This document shows, one piece after another, positions 19,318-27,060 of a DNA stretch of 64,000 bases. The position numbers and the translations under genes are program-made. The first letter of the stretch is position 1. Each line of letters opens with the position of its first letter. The notes beneath the pieces were generated by a model that was not told the origin of the DNA, did no database searches, and was given only the letters and a program-made list of their open reading frames with translations. The stretch spans positions 21,068 through 85,067 of the forward strand of contig DASWWW010000005.1 in the NCBI GenBank assembly GCA_036400935.1. Reading direction: 5' to 3'. The stretch is from Minisyncoccota bacterium (lineage in GTDB: Bacteria; Patescibacteriota; Minisyncoccia; Phycocordibacterales; UBA6065).

Positions 19318-19641
19318 ATGTCATACAAGCAAGACCGATTCGAAGAGATCCTCCGCGACATGGCCGCGCGCTTTGTCGCCCTCGAGTCGAACAGGAAGTC
19401 CATGATCACCATCACCCGCGTCGCCGCTACCGAAAAGGGCGACGTCGCGACCATCTTCTTTACCGTCTTCCCCGACAATCAGGAGGAGGCGGCCTTAGAC
19501 TTCCTGAAGAGGCAGCGATCGGACTTCCGCGCTTTCGTGAAATACAACGCGCGCCTGATGCGCATCCCCTTCTTCGATTTCGAGATCGACAAGGGCGAGA
19601 AGGCGCGACAGAAGATTGACGCTGTCACGATACGACCCTAA
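19318..19641 (+). CDS. rbfA: ribosome-binding factor A
   Basis: Sits immediately downstream of infB. KH-like fold residues (RVAATEKGDVATIFFTV). 107 aa. Confidence 0.7.
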   Translation: MSYKQDRFEEILRDMAARFVALESNRKSMITITRVAATEKGDVATIFFTVFPDNQEEAALDFLKRQRSDFRAFVKYNARLMRIPFFDFEIDKGEKARQKIDAVTIRP

Positions 19642-19653
19642 TATAAGCACACA

Positions 19654-19725
19654 GGCCACGTAGAAAAGTGGTAATTCGGAGATCTGCAAAATCTCTATGC
19701 GCGAGTTCGATTCTCGCCGTGGCCT
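19654..19725 (+). tRNA. tRNA-Cys (anticodon GCA)
   Basis: Acceptor GGCCACG/CGTGGCC. Anticodon arm GAGAT-CTGCAAA-ATCTC. T-arm GCGAG-TTCGATT-CTCGC. Confidence 0.8.
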
Positions 19726-19798
19726 CAAAAACGCACCGCGCAAGCGGAAGTTTTTAGGCCACGAGCAGGCCCGTAAGGACCGATTCTCGATCGCCGTT

Positions 19799-19888
19799 GC
19801 CCGGGTGGCGAAATTGGTTAGACGCAAGAGACTTAAAATCTCTCGCCCGTAACAGGGCATGTCGGTTCGATTCCGACCCTGGGCACCA
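19799..19888 (+). tRNA. tRNA-Leu (anticodon TAA), long variable arm, CCA encoded
   Basis: Acceptor GCCCGGG/CCTGGGC. Anticodon arm AGAGA-CTTAAAA-TCTCT. T-arm GTCGG-TTCGATT-CCGAC. Confidence 0.8.
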
Positions 19889-19924
19889 GCAGTTATTGCC
19901 AATAGGCCAATTTTCTGTTACATT

Positions 19925-19997
19925 TCTTCACACACCGCCCTTAGCTCAGTTGGTAGAGCAGATCCCTCTTAAGGATAAGGTCGTAGGTTCGATCCCT
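19925..19997 (+). tRNA. tRNA-Lys (anticodon CTT)
   Basis: Acceptor CCGCCCT/AGGGCGG. D-arm GCTC-AGTTGGTA-GAGC. Anticodon loop CTCTTAA. T-arm GTAGG-TTCGATC-CCTAC. Confidence 0.8.
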
Positions 19998-20201
19998 ACA
20001 GGGCGGACAAGCGCGAAAAATCCTGCCTGTGGCAGGATTTTCGCTTGTCCGAGCCGCAGCCATATTTTTCGCCTCGAAAAATGGCGAGGCGGGGTCGCGG
20101 ACGATTCGAGCGACGGCGAGAATCGATCCGTGACGACAAGAGAAAAATACCTTGCGTTGCAAGGTATTTTTCGTTGGAGCTCTACGTGACGCAGAACCTC
20201 T

Positions 20202-20582
20202 CTAAAATGCGTGATTATCGTCAAACTCGAAGTAGTTCTGGGTAATCTCCTCTCCCTGCTTTATATCCCTATTCGCTACCAGAGGATACTCAACATCCTC
20301 GAACGACGTATCTGTGCTGACATTTCCATCCTTCGCATGATTTATGAATCTCACGTTATCAAAAGAGATGTGATAGTTCCCCGTCTTCCTGCTATTGAAT
20401 CCATAAAAAAGAATAAAGTCCTTTTCTCGCTGGTCCAGCTTTTCGAAATCAGTAGGCGAAATTTCGGTATCGAGACCTGGAGAAAACTTCCATATCCGTG
20501 CCCCTTTCGCTATATCCTGATCGGCAAAAAGACCGATACCGTGAATAGCGCTTGCCTTTGGCGTCGCTTTGATAAGTAACAT
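20202..20582 (-). CDS. SET-domain protein (putative protein-lysine methyltransferase)
   Basis: HGIGLFA (GxG SAM pocket), RFINHAKDGN (NHS/C-like) and EEITQNY (ELTxDY-like). 126 aa. Sits in an AT-rich islet. Confidence 0.6.
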   Translation of the reverse strand: MLLIKATPKASAIHGIGLFADQDIAKGARIWKFSPGLDTEISPTDFEKLDQREKDFILFYGFNSRKTGNYHISFDNVRFINHAKDGNVSTDTSFEDVEYPLVANRDIKQGEEITQNYFEFDDNHAF

Positions 20583-20625
20583 ATTGAAAGTATAGCAAAG
20601 AATCTTATTCTTGCTTGGTTAAATA

Positions 20626-20655
20626 GGTCCTAACGTCGTACAACAGATCGGACAA
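20626..20655 (+). repeat. 30-nt repeat copy 1 (GGTCCTAACGTCGTACAACAGATCGGACAA)
   Basis: Identical to copy 2. It lies between the divergent starts of the SET gene and the 20789 ORF. Confidence 0.7.
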
Positions 20656-20788
20656 ATTTTGAAAAAGCTCGTCGCGCGACGAGCTTTTTCATATATTTAC
20701 AATTAAATATATATGTGTGTTGTTGTAAATAAGCTCTTGAATCAACCCGAGGGCAGATAGTTCATCTCAAAATATATTAAAAGAGCTC

Positions 20789-21058
20789 ATGATGAATCCT
20801 TCTGCCTCACAAGCAGAAAGGACCGTTATGGCTACATGTTCATATTGTGGCTGGCATCAGGGTCGTCACGACACTGGGTGCCCTGTCAGTCCCGCGCACG
20901 ATGAGGTAAAGATGAGAAAGTGGAAATGCGGATATGAGGACGGTAGTTCTGGAAAGGACTACTGGTCTTCTGATCCGAGTTATCGCATAGGCATGGGACG
21001 CGGCATAGTCGCGCTCGAGACTCGGGAGAACGAAGTCGATCCCCGTCTGTATAACTAA
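20789..21058 (+). CDS. hypothetical Cys-rich small protein
   Basis: CSYCGWHQGRHDTGCP...WKCGY. AT-rich islet ORF. Confidence 0.3.
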   Translation: MMNPSASQAERTVMATCSYCGWHQGRHDTGCPVSPAHDEVKMRKWKCGYEDGSSGKDYWSSDPSYRIGMGRGIVALETRENEVDPRLYN

Positions 21059-21118
21059 ATAGCCACAACAAACCCCGCGATAACATCAAGGGGTTTCGTT
21101 ATTTCCATACCTAAAACA

Positions 21119-21148
21119 GGTCCTAACGTCGTACAACAGATCGGACAA
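21119..21148 (+). repeat. 30-nt repeat copy 2 (identical to copy 1)
   Basis: Lies between the convergent ends of the 20789 (+) and 21186 (-) ORFs. Confidence 0.7.
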
Positions 21149-21185
21149 TTAGACGATGTTAGTACGTGACAATAAAAAAACCGGG

Positions 21186-21518
21186 CTACTCCGGTTTGGT
21201 GTCAGCTTTTGGACACGGTTTCCAGTTTTCAAGTTGATTCATCGCCCTTTCTTCACCGGAGATAGGTTTTCCTGCCCACCCCTCCATATCCTCATAATAC
21301 ATTCTATCGAGCTTGACTCTTAATAACGTCTGAAGCTCGGTTTTGAGAATACCAGTGTTATCTGTTTTTGCTACATCAACAGCACTTGAATACATTAAGG
21401 ACCTGCATGCAGTGAGCATGAGTCCTCGCTTATCCGCCAAGGTTTGTCCCGTTGCGCTCTGACAGTGTGCATGCAAAGTTTGAATGTTCATGGCTTTAGT
21501 AATTAGAATCTCAGCCAT
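21186..21518 (-). CDS. hypothetical protein
   Basis: 110-aa ORF in the islet. Confidence 0.3.
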   Translation of the reverse strand: MAEILITKAMNIQTLHAHCQSATGQTLADKRGLMLTACRSLMYSSAVDVAKTDNTGILKTELQTLLRVKLDRMYYEDMEGWAGKPISGEERAMNQLENWKPCPKADTKPE

Positions 21519-21551
21519 GTGAAAATAGTTTCACCCGTGAATAGCAAAATG

Positions 21552-21581
21552 AGTTCTAACGTCGTGCATCAAATCGGACAA
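21552..21581 (+). repeat. 30-nt repeat copy 3 (25/30 identical to copy 1)
   Basis: agttctaacgtcgtgcatcaaatcggacaa, between divergent starts. Confidence 0.6.
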
Positions 21582-21711
21582 GCGAGTCAAATAGCTAGAA
21601 GAGACTTTTTTTCTTCCAACCATTTGTGAACGCGGCCGCTCCCGTATGTACTTCACACGAGGCGAACAGAACAAGCGAGGCTGCCCGAGGCTTCTGATAT
21701 ACTTTATTCAT

Positions 21712-22260
21712 ATGAAAAAAACATTTTTTGCCATGGCTTTAACAGCTATCGTCTTGGCAGCCGGAGGTCTTTACCTGCATTCGAAAAGCAGAGAATCTGC
21801 TGAGTCCATCGAGAATCTGGCAAACCGGGAAACGGCACTTGCAGTAAAAGACTGGAAAGCCTGCAAGAACAAGCAGTATGGTTACGAGGCAAAATACCCA
21901 CCGACTTGGACTACCTTCATACCAGTCTCTGGCGGGCGAGCCCCCATGCCTTGCGGCACCGAGAACCAGAGTCAGATCGAATTCTCTTTGTCAGCCAAAG
22001 GGACACCTGTCATAAGCTTGGAAGCAAGCTTCGAATCGTGGTTTTATGGAAACACCCTCCATTCGCTTGATGACTACATAGCATCAAGCAGCTTGAAGCA
22101 TCGTCAGCTGGAAAAACTGATGATTGATGGAGAGAAAGCTGTCTCTGAAGAAGGTAAATGGATTTACACGTTCCACAAGGGAGACGTGTTCAGGTTCTCT
22201 TTTTATGGCGTAGACAAAGAGACTACCGAACAGTTCCTGTCAGCATTCAGATTCAACTAA
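21712..22260 (+). CDS. secreted/membrane-anchored hypothetical protein
   Basis: Signal/anchor MKKTFFAMALTAIVLAAGGLYL. Start moved to the Met preceding the hydrophobic segment. Confidence 0.4.
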   Translation: MKKTFFAMALTAIVLAAGGLYLHSKSRESAESIENLANRETALAVKDWKACKNKQYGYEAKYPPTWTTFIPVSGGRAPMPCGTENQSQIEFSLSAKGTPVISLEASFESWFYGNTLHSLDDYIASSSLKHRQLEKLMIDGEKAVSEEGKWIYTFHKGDVFRFSFYGVDKETTEQFLSAFRFN

Positions 22261-22265
22261 AAGGA

Positions 22266-22295
22266 GGTCCTGACGTCATACGTCAGAACGGACAG
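22266..22295 (+). repeat. 30-nt repeat copy 4 (24/30 identical; contains an internal CTGACGTCA...ACGTCAG palindrome)
   Basis: ggtcctgacgtcatacgtcagaacggacag, preceded by aaggag. Confidence 0.6.
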
Positions 22296-22459
22296 TCAGA
22301 AAAACACCTCGAATACGAGGCGTTTTTCTTTTGCGTAGGCGACTTTAGCCATCTTGACGTTAGTAATTTTTTAATGCAAGATACAGAAGTTGCCCCCATC
22401 AACAACGACACGGGGCGATATCCCTCTGAGATTGTCAGAGAAAAAAGAAAGTTCCTCAC

Positions 22460-23272
22460 ATGCTAGATGATATTAGGTACAATCGGCAAAATCCGCCGAC
22501 GAACCTCGTAGCCGCCGAGATACGCTCGGCCAAGGTAAAGGCGAGTATACGTCAGATCGAATCAGACCTGAGATCAAAGCCCGCGAGCGAATTCCTTACC
22601 GTAGATGAATACCAGAACTGGTACCATCGGGCGCGCGGAGCGCTATCCCACCTCAGAAGAGAGAATCGATTCCTCGACGTGTGGATGGAACTAGAGAGAG
22701 CAGGAAACGAACAACACCCGGGCCAAGACGAATTCGATCACGAGCTGGCCGCACTCCTCAACGAGATTATCTACAAGCCGCTCTATAGTCGCGACAATCT
22801 CCCGCAAAGCAGAGAAACGGCGCTCGCCCGTCGCGCGGTCATCATCGAGGAGAAGAAATGGATCGAATCAGCGATCGTCGCCCTCAAGAGGCTAGGCCTG
22901 GAATCAGGTACATTCCCTACCATTGATTCAATGCAAGAGGGCGTAGTCCTTGAGCCAACCCGCGCGGTCATTCGAAGCATCGACAGCGAGCTCGGAGTGC
23001 TTGGCGCGTACATCAGGTCGGTTAAGGCGACCACCGCGTCGCTCGTACAAAGCAAGTTGAGCGATGATTTCAAGGAAATGAATGCTATCAAGGACGAGAT
23101 CGGTACACCCGGCTTCGTCGTAGAGTGGATGCTATCCCTAATGCTCCCGCGCAAGGATTCGCTCGGCCTAAGCCCAGAGGACATGCGAAAGCTCGCCCTC
23201 GCCGCCCGGTACATCGAGCTCGTCAAGAAATGCGCGGCAACCAAGAAAGAAATCCTCCAGCCTAGCTCATAG
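22460..23272 (+). CDS. hypothetical protein
   Basis: 270 aa, no motif recognised. Followed by the hairpin gctcat-agtc-atgagc plus a T-run (23265-23290). Confidence 0.45.
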   Translation: MLDDIRYNRQNPPTNLVAAEIRSAKVKASIRQIESDLRSKPASEFLTVDEYQNWYHRARGALSHLRRENRFLDVWMELERAGNEQHPGQDEFDHELAALLNEIIYKPLYSRDNLPQSRETALARRAVIIEEKKWIESAIVALKRLGLESGTFPTIDSMQEGVVLEPTRAVIRSIDSELGVLGAYIRSVKATTASLVQSKLSDDFKEMNAIKDEIGTPGFVVEWMLSLMLPRKDSLGLSPEDMRKLALAARYIELVKKCAATKKEILQPSS

Positions 23273-23332
23273 TCATGAGCGGGCTTTTTTATTCTCAAAT
23301 CCGGCCTTTGTGCTAAGCTATCCTAGTCAGAC

Positions 23333-23413
23333 GGGCGGATGGTGGAATGGCAGACACACTAGCCTTAGGAGCTAGCGCCGCAAGGCATGAGGGTTCAAGT
23401 CCCTCTCCGCCCA
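23333..23413 (+). tRNA. tRNA-Leu (anticodon TAG), long variable arm
   Basis: Acceptor GGGCGGA/TCCGCCC. Anticodon arm CTAGC-CTTAGGA-GCTAG. T-arm GAGGG-TTCAAGT-CCCTC. Confidence 0.8.
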
Positions 23414-23509
23414 CATATACATATTTGACAATATGTGTTTTTTATCATATTGTCCGCAACGGATCGGTCGTTGCCACGGCATACAGACGGATACCATACC
23501 TTTTTATTC

Positions 23510-23875
23510 ATGAACATACTGATAGTCGAGAGCAACCCTCACATTGTCGAGATGCTGCGCCCGTTCCTCGAGCAAGCCTGCAGCGTTGCCAGCCACGAAA
23601 TACTCCACGCCGCCTCAATCCAAGAAATCGGCAGGATTATCGTGACCGAGGCGGGGATCGATCTCGTGCTCTGCGCAAACAGGCTCCACAAAGCTCCTGT
23701 GGGCGACCTGCTGCAGACCCTTCACACCGCATGGCCCAACGCCCTCCTCTGCCTCATGTCGGACGACCATGTCGCGCCACAAAACCATGCCGCCGATATT
23801 TTCGTAGAAAAGGTCGAGCTGGTGAAAGAATTGCCCGAAATCGTCGATGCGGCAAAAAGACGCATGGCCAAATAG
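23510..23875 (+). CDS. stand-alone receiver (REC/CheY-like) domain protein with an atypical acidic pocket
   Basis: ILIVESNPHIVEMLRPFL...DLVLCANRL...WPNALLCLMSDD. The DD pair is replaced by ES but the phospho-Asp position is retained. No output domain. Confidence 0.4.
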   Translation: MNILIVESNPHIVEMLRPFLEQACSVASHEILHAASIQEIGRIIVTEAGIDLVLCANRLHKAPVGDLLQTLHTAWPNALLCLMSDDHVAPQNHAADIFVEKVELVKELPEIVDAAKRRMAK

Positions 23876-23880
23876 ACAGT

Positions 23881-23915
23881 GCCCGGAAACGCTTCGCGTT
23901 TCCGGGCTTTTTTAT
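23881..23915 (+). terminator. strong intrinsic terminator
   Basis: gcccggaaacgc-ttc-gcgtttccgggc followed by ttttttatt. Confidence 0.7.
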
Positions 23916-23950
23916 TACCGAAAATTGCCGTGACCATGATCACCATATAT

Positions 23951-23979
23951 TTGACTTATTGTAAAACAATAAGTAATAT
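23951..23979 (+). promoter_or_regulatory. sigma70-type promoter (TTGACT, 17 bp, TAATAT) whose spacer is a perfect 7-3-7 palindrome (ttattgt aaa acaataa)
   Basis: -35 at 23951-56, -10 at 23974-79. The palindrome is at 23956-23972. This implies a leader of about 110 nt to the SPFH gene ATG. Confidence 0.45.
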
Positions 23980-24093
23980 GCACACCGGACCGGTTCTCGG
24001 AAAAATTCAACCTTTTCCTCCCTATCCAGACCTTGAAATACACTTTCACGGACAAACTCAACGACAAACCCTAAATATAGGAGCAAGAAAGCA

Positions 24094-25305
24094 ATGATAC
24101 TGACTGCTGTAATTATCAGCTGCGCCATCCTAATGATAGGAGCCGCCCTGTACGCGTGCTATAAACTCGCGGACTACAACGTGCTCTTCACGCGCGTGCC
24201 CGAAGGAGAAATCATCGGGATCACGTACTCGGAGAAGATCGGCAGATTCATGGGAAACATGACCGGATACTGGATCCATCCCAGAACCGGCCAGGTCCAT
24301 TCTAACGAGGAAGCCGTGCCCGACGATGTCTCGCTGCCCAAAGACCTCTTTGGCACTGGCATCTACTGGCTCGGCATCCCGCCGTTCGCCCAGCGCTACA
24401 CCTACGAGTTCCACTGGAACAAATGGGCGAAGCCTGTCGATCCGGCAACGGGCCTTGAGAAAACGGAATACGCCATCATCCCGCGGCAAGCAATCGTCGA
24501 CTCGATCTACTTCCGGGCCCAATACCCGGTACAAGTCAACGGCTGCGAAACGAAGGAGGGCGTGCCCCTGACCATGACGATCCTCATCACCGTACAGGTG
24601 GATAATGCGGACACGGCATGGTTCAAGATCAAGTCGCCCGGCTGGCTCTCGGCCCTCAACGGCCAAGTGACGGCCGTGCTGCGCGACTGGGTCGGCGGCA
24701 AGACCCTCGAGGAAATCAATACGGCTCAAGCCGAGATCCCCTCCATGGGGCATCACTCGGAGTTCCAGCTGGCATTCTTTACCCTCAACGAGTCGACTGT
24801 GGGCAACTTGAGCATAAAGACAATGCTGGGCGCAGGGCTCAGTGGCGTGCATTTCGTAGGCTATTCGATCGACGAGGCCAGGAATCCCACGCAACGGATC
24901 TCTATCGAGAAGTACTTCGCCAGCAAAGAGGGCGAGGCCGCCATCGAGAAGGCCCGACTAGAGGCGATCGCCGCCCAGGAGACCGCTCAGAAGACGCGCA
25001 CGGAGGCGGAAGCGGCTGCATTCGCCACGGAAAAGCAAGGCGAGGCGGAGGCGAGCGCAAAGCTCGCAATGGCCAAAGCCAACGCCGAAGCCACCATCCT
25101 GCAAGGCGAGGCGGAGGCGAGCGCCATACGGACCAGGGGCGAAGCGGAAGCCCATGTTCAAGCCTTGGTAACGAAAGCCGTCAAGGACAATCCCCATTAC
25201 GGAGCGATGGTCCTGTCGGTCGCGATCAAGGACCAGAAGGCTGCTACGACGCTTGTCGTAAACGCAAACGCCGTTCCGACGATCCCGCTCACGCCCAACA
25301 GCTAA
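24094..25305 (+). CDS. SPFH/band-7 (flotillin/HflK-like) domain membrane protein
   Basis: N-terminal TM. SPFH-like core (VPEGEIIGITYSEKIG...GVPLTMTILITVQVDN...). C-terminal Glu/Ala-rich coiled-coil (EAEAAAFATEKQGEAEASAKLAMAKANAEA). Confidence 0.55.
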   Translation: MILTAVIISCAILMIGAALYACYKLADYNVLFTRVPEGEIIGITYSEKIGRFMGNMTGYWIHPRTGQVHSNEEAVPDDVSLPKDLFGTGIYWLGIPPFAQRYTYEFHWNKWAKPVDPATGLEKTEYAIIPRQAIVDSIYFRAQYPVQVNGCETKEGVPLTMTILITVQVDNADTAWFKIKSPGWLSALNGQVTAVLRDWVGGKTLEEINTAQAEIPSMGHHSEFQLAFFTLNESTVGNLSIKTMLGAGLSGVHFVGYSIDEARNPTQRISIEKYFASKEGEAAIEKARLEAIAAQETAQKTRTEAEAAAFATEKQGEAEASAKLAMAKANAEATILQGEAEASAIRTRGEAEAHVQALVTKAVKDNPHYGAMVLSVAIKDQKAATTLVVNANAVPTIPLTPNS

Positions 25306-25317
25306 TAAAGGACGCAT

Positions 25318-26079
25318 ATGAAAGAAATACTGTTGGTGCTCGCCATCCCTATCGGGACAATCGCCCTCTTGTTCGTCGGCTTCATCGGCACACAAGTAAG
25401 AAAGGAGATGAACCGCAATAGCAAGAACGAATCCATGAAGTACGGCACTCAGGCCCCGCAAGGAGCTCCGAGGACCGATACTTCATGGGGCATCTCCTGG
25501 GCAAGGAACATACCTTGGGCCAAGCTCAAGCCAGGCACGTTCCTCGGCGATGTCATATGGATGGCAGCCGGCCTTGCCTTCATAAACTGGTTCTGCGCGC
25601 AGGCGCTGGATCACATATGGGACGGGTTCTGGGCGCACAAGTCCTTCTGGGCGACTCAAATCGCCCTACTGCTCGCGTGCGTCGGCCTGAGGAATACGAA
25701 GAACGACATAGGCGTAGGCATATGCATCGTCGTGCTCCTCTTGTGCTTCTACAGCATTGTGACCGTAATCCAGGCGCACATGCTGAGCCCGGACTACAAC
25801 AGGCCCAAAGGGCTCGTTGAGGTATTCACCGAGCCAGGCAGATGGTCAGAAAAGTTGGATCCAAAGAGAGTGTATTCGGTCACAAATACCACCGACCGCA
25901 AGTGGCGGCGGACCTTCGTGAATCCGGACAAGGTGACGCACAGGGTATACGAGGATCCGCTACCCTACGGGGACTTCGATCTGCCGACGAACATGAAGTT
26001 TGTGGAGTTCTTCTCGGAAAGGAGCCCGCTCAAGATCGAGCTCTATCCCCCGAAAGACGACCTCAGGCCCGAACGATAA
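25318..26079 (+). CDS. multi-TM membrane protein, possible SPFH partner (NfeD-like role unproven)
   Basis: Four hydrophobic segments then a soluble C-terminal domain. 13 nt downstream of the SPFH gene. Confidence 0.4.
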   Translation: MKEILLVLAIPIGTIALLFVGFIGTQVRKEMNRNSKNESMKYGTQAPQGAPRTDTSWGISWARNIPWAKLKPGTFLGDVIWMAAGLAFINWFCAQALDHIWDGFWAHKSFWATQIALLLACVGLRNTKNDIGVGICIVVLLLCFYSIVTVIQAHMLSPDYNRPKGLVEVFTEPGRWSEKLDPKRVYSVTNTTDRKWRRTFVNPDKVTHRVYEDPLPYGDFDLPTNMKFVEFFSERSPLKIELYPPKDDLRPER

Positions 26080-26095
26080 GTTCGGGCCTTTTTAT
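26066..26095 (+). terminator. intrinsic terminator
   Basis: ggcccgaac-gataa-gttcgggcc followed by tttttatt. Confidence 0.65.
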
Positions 26096-26128
26096 TCTCC
26101 AAAAGCGCTCAGCGGTCGGCAAGAAAAA

Positions 26129-26158
26129 GCCGGGCGCCTTGCGGCGCCCGGCTTTCGC
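26129..26158 (-). terminator. intrinsic terminator (serves the minus-strand pilin-like array)
   Basis: gccgggcgcc-ttgc-ggcgcccggc with a T-run on the minus strand. Confidence 0.6.
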
Positions 26159-26160
26159 TT

Positions 26161-26412
26161 TTACTTAATCCCAAACGTGCTCTGCAAAATCGCGAGGATG
26201 CCCCACACGGAGCTCATTATGAAGAGCCCGACCGTGCTCCATAGGATATGGTTGGCTCCTTCTTCCCTCGCGCTGCTGTCATCCGCCTTCCTGATGAAAG
26301 TAAAGATGCCGTATATGAAATAAAGGGCGGCCGCGGCGAACAGGAGCTGAACCACAGGGTTCACCACCACGTCCACGAACTTATCGACTTCCTTTATTTC
26401 GAGGATTTTCAT
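26161..26412 (-). CDS. small two-TM protein, paralog 1 of the pilin-like family (no signal peptide)
   Basis: ALYFIYGIF...SSAREEG...ILWSTVGLFIMSSVWGILAIL. Confidence 0.45.
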   Translation of the reverse strand: MKILEIKEVDKFVDVVVNPVVQLLFAAAALYFIYGIFTFIRKADDSSAREEGANHILWSTVGLFIMSSVWGILAILQSTFGIK

Positions 26413-26418
26413 CTAAGG

Positions 26419-26778
26419 CTAGATCTGTGGGATAGTCGGGAGCTGCTGAGTAGCCTCGCTTGAGCGGTTCGTGTTCGTGAGTCCGAACGTGTTGTAAAGG
26501 ATGTTGACGAGACCCCAGATAGAGATCATGACGAAAAGGGCGATGACGCCGTAGATGACGGTATTCTTTGCCTTCTCCTTCTTCTCGTCGTCAGAAGCCA
26601 GGAAAACCTGGAACATTCCCCACACGAAGTAGACGACGGTAAGGGAGATGATAAGGGGAAGGATAACGTTCAAGAGATTCCTGATGAACGTGAAGATATC
26701 GTTCAGATTGTTTATCGCAGCAAAGGCCGAGAGAGGCATTACAAGCGACAAAGCGGTGACGATGCTAATTTTTTTCAT
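26419..26778 (-). CDS. secreted small two-TM protein, paralog 2 (T4SS-pilin/TrbC-VirB2-like)
   Basis: Signal peptide, then VVYFVWGMF...DDEKKEKAKNTVIYGVIALFVMISIWGLVNIL. Confidence 0.5.
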   Translation of the reverse strand: MKKISIVTALSLVMPLSAFAAINNLNDIFTFIRNLLNVILPLIISLTVVYFVWGMFQVFLASDDEKKEKAKNTVIYGVIALFVMISIWGLVNILYNTFGLTNTNRSSEATQQLPTIPQI

Positions 26779-26927
26779 ACGTAAATATAACCTGTTAAAT
26801 AATGCTGCTAAAAGCCTTTACCGCGCCATTATACCAATAAAAATCGCGTCAATACAGGGATATGGGGATAATAGGGCCATTTTCCCTATGCGGCTCCAAA
26901 TCGAGGCCTAATAACGACAAAATATAC

Positions 26928-26956
26928 TTGACAATATAGCAACGTAGGTGTATAAT
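26928..26956 (+). promoter_or_regulatory. perfect-consensus sigma70 promoter (TTGACA, 17 bp, TATAAT)
   Basis: TTGACA at 26928-33, TATAAT at 26951-56. About 100 nt upstream of the 27061 ORF. Confidence 0.55.
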
Positions 26957-27060
26957 AGTATTCGGAACAAGTATACCAGCAAAGGAATGAATAGACCGGC
27001 ACTCCGCCGCCTATGTCCGATGCAGTAGCGCTTGTTTGCACAGAGTGATTCTTTGACATC

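Noticed and set aside
20626-22295. The 30-nt repeats as a CRISPR array or as integron attC sites.
   Set aside because: Spacing is 430-710 bp and irregular, with protein-coding genes in between and no short uniform spacers, so not CRISPR. The position relative to ORF ends alternates between divergent, convergent and tandem, and R''/R' core sites are absent, so not attC.
23347-23964. 205-aa ORF spanning tRNA-Leu(TAG) and the REC-like gene in another frame.
   Set aside because: It overlaps a confident tRNA, and the translation is Arg/Pro-rich nonsense.
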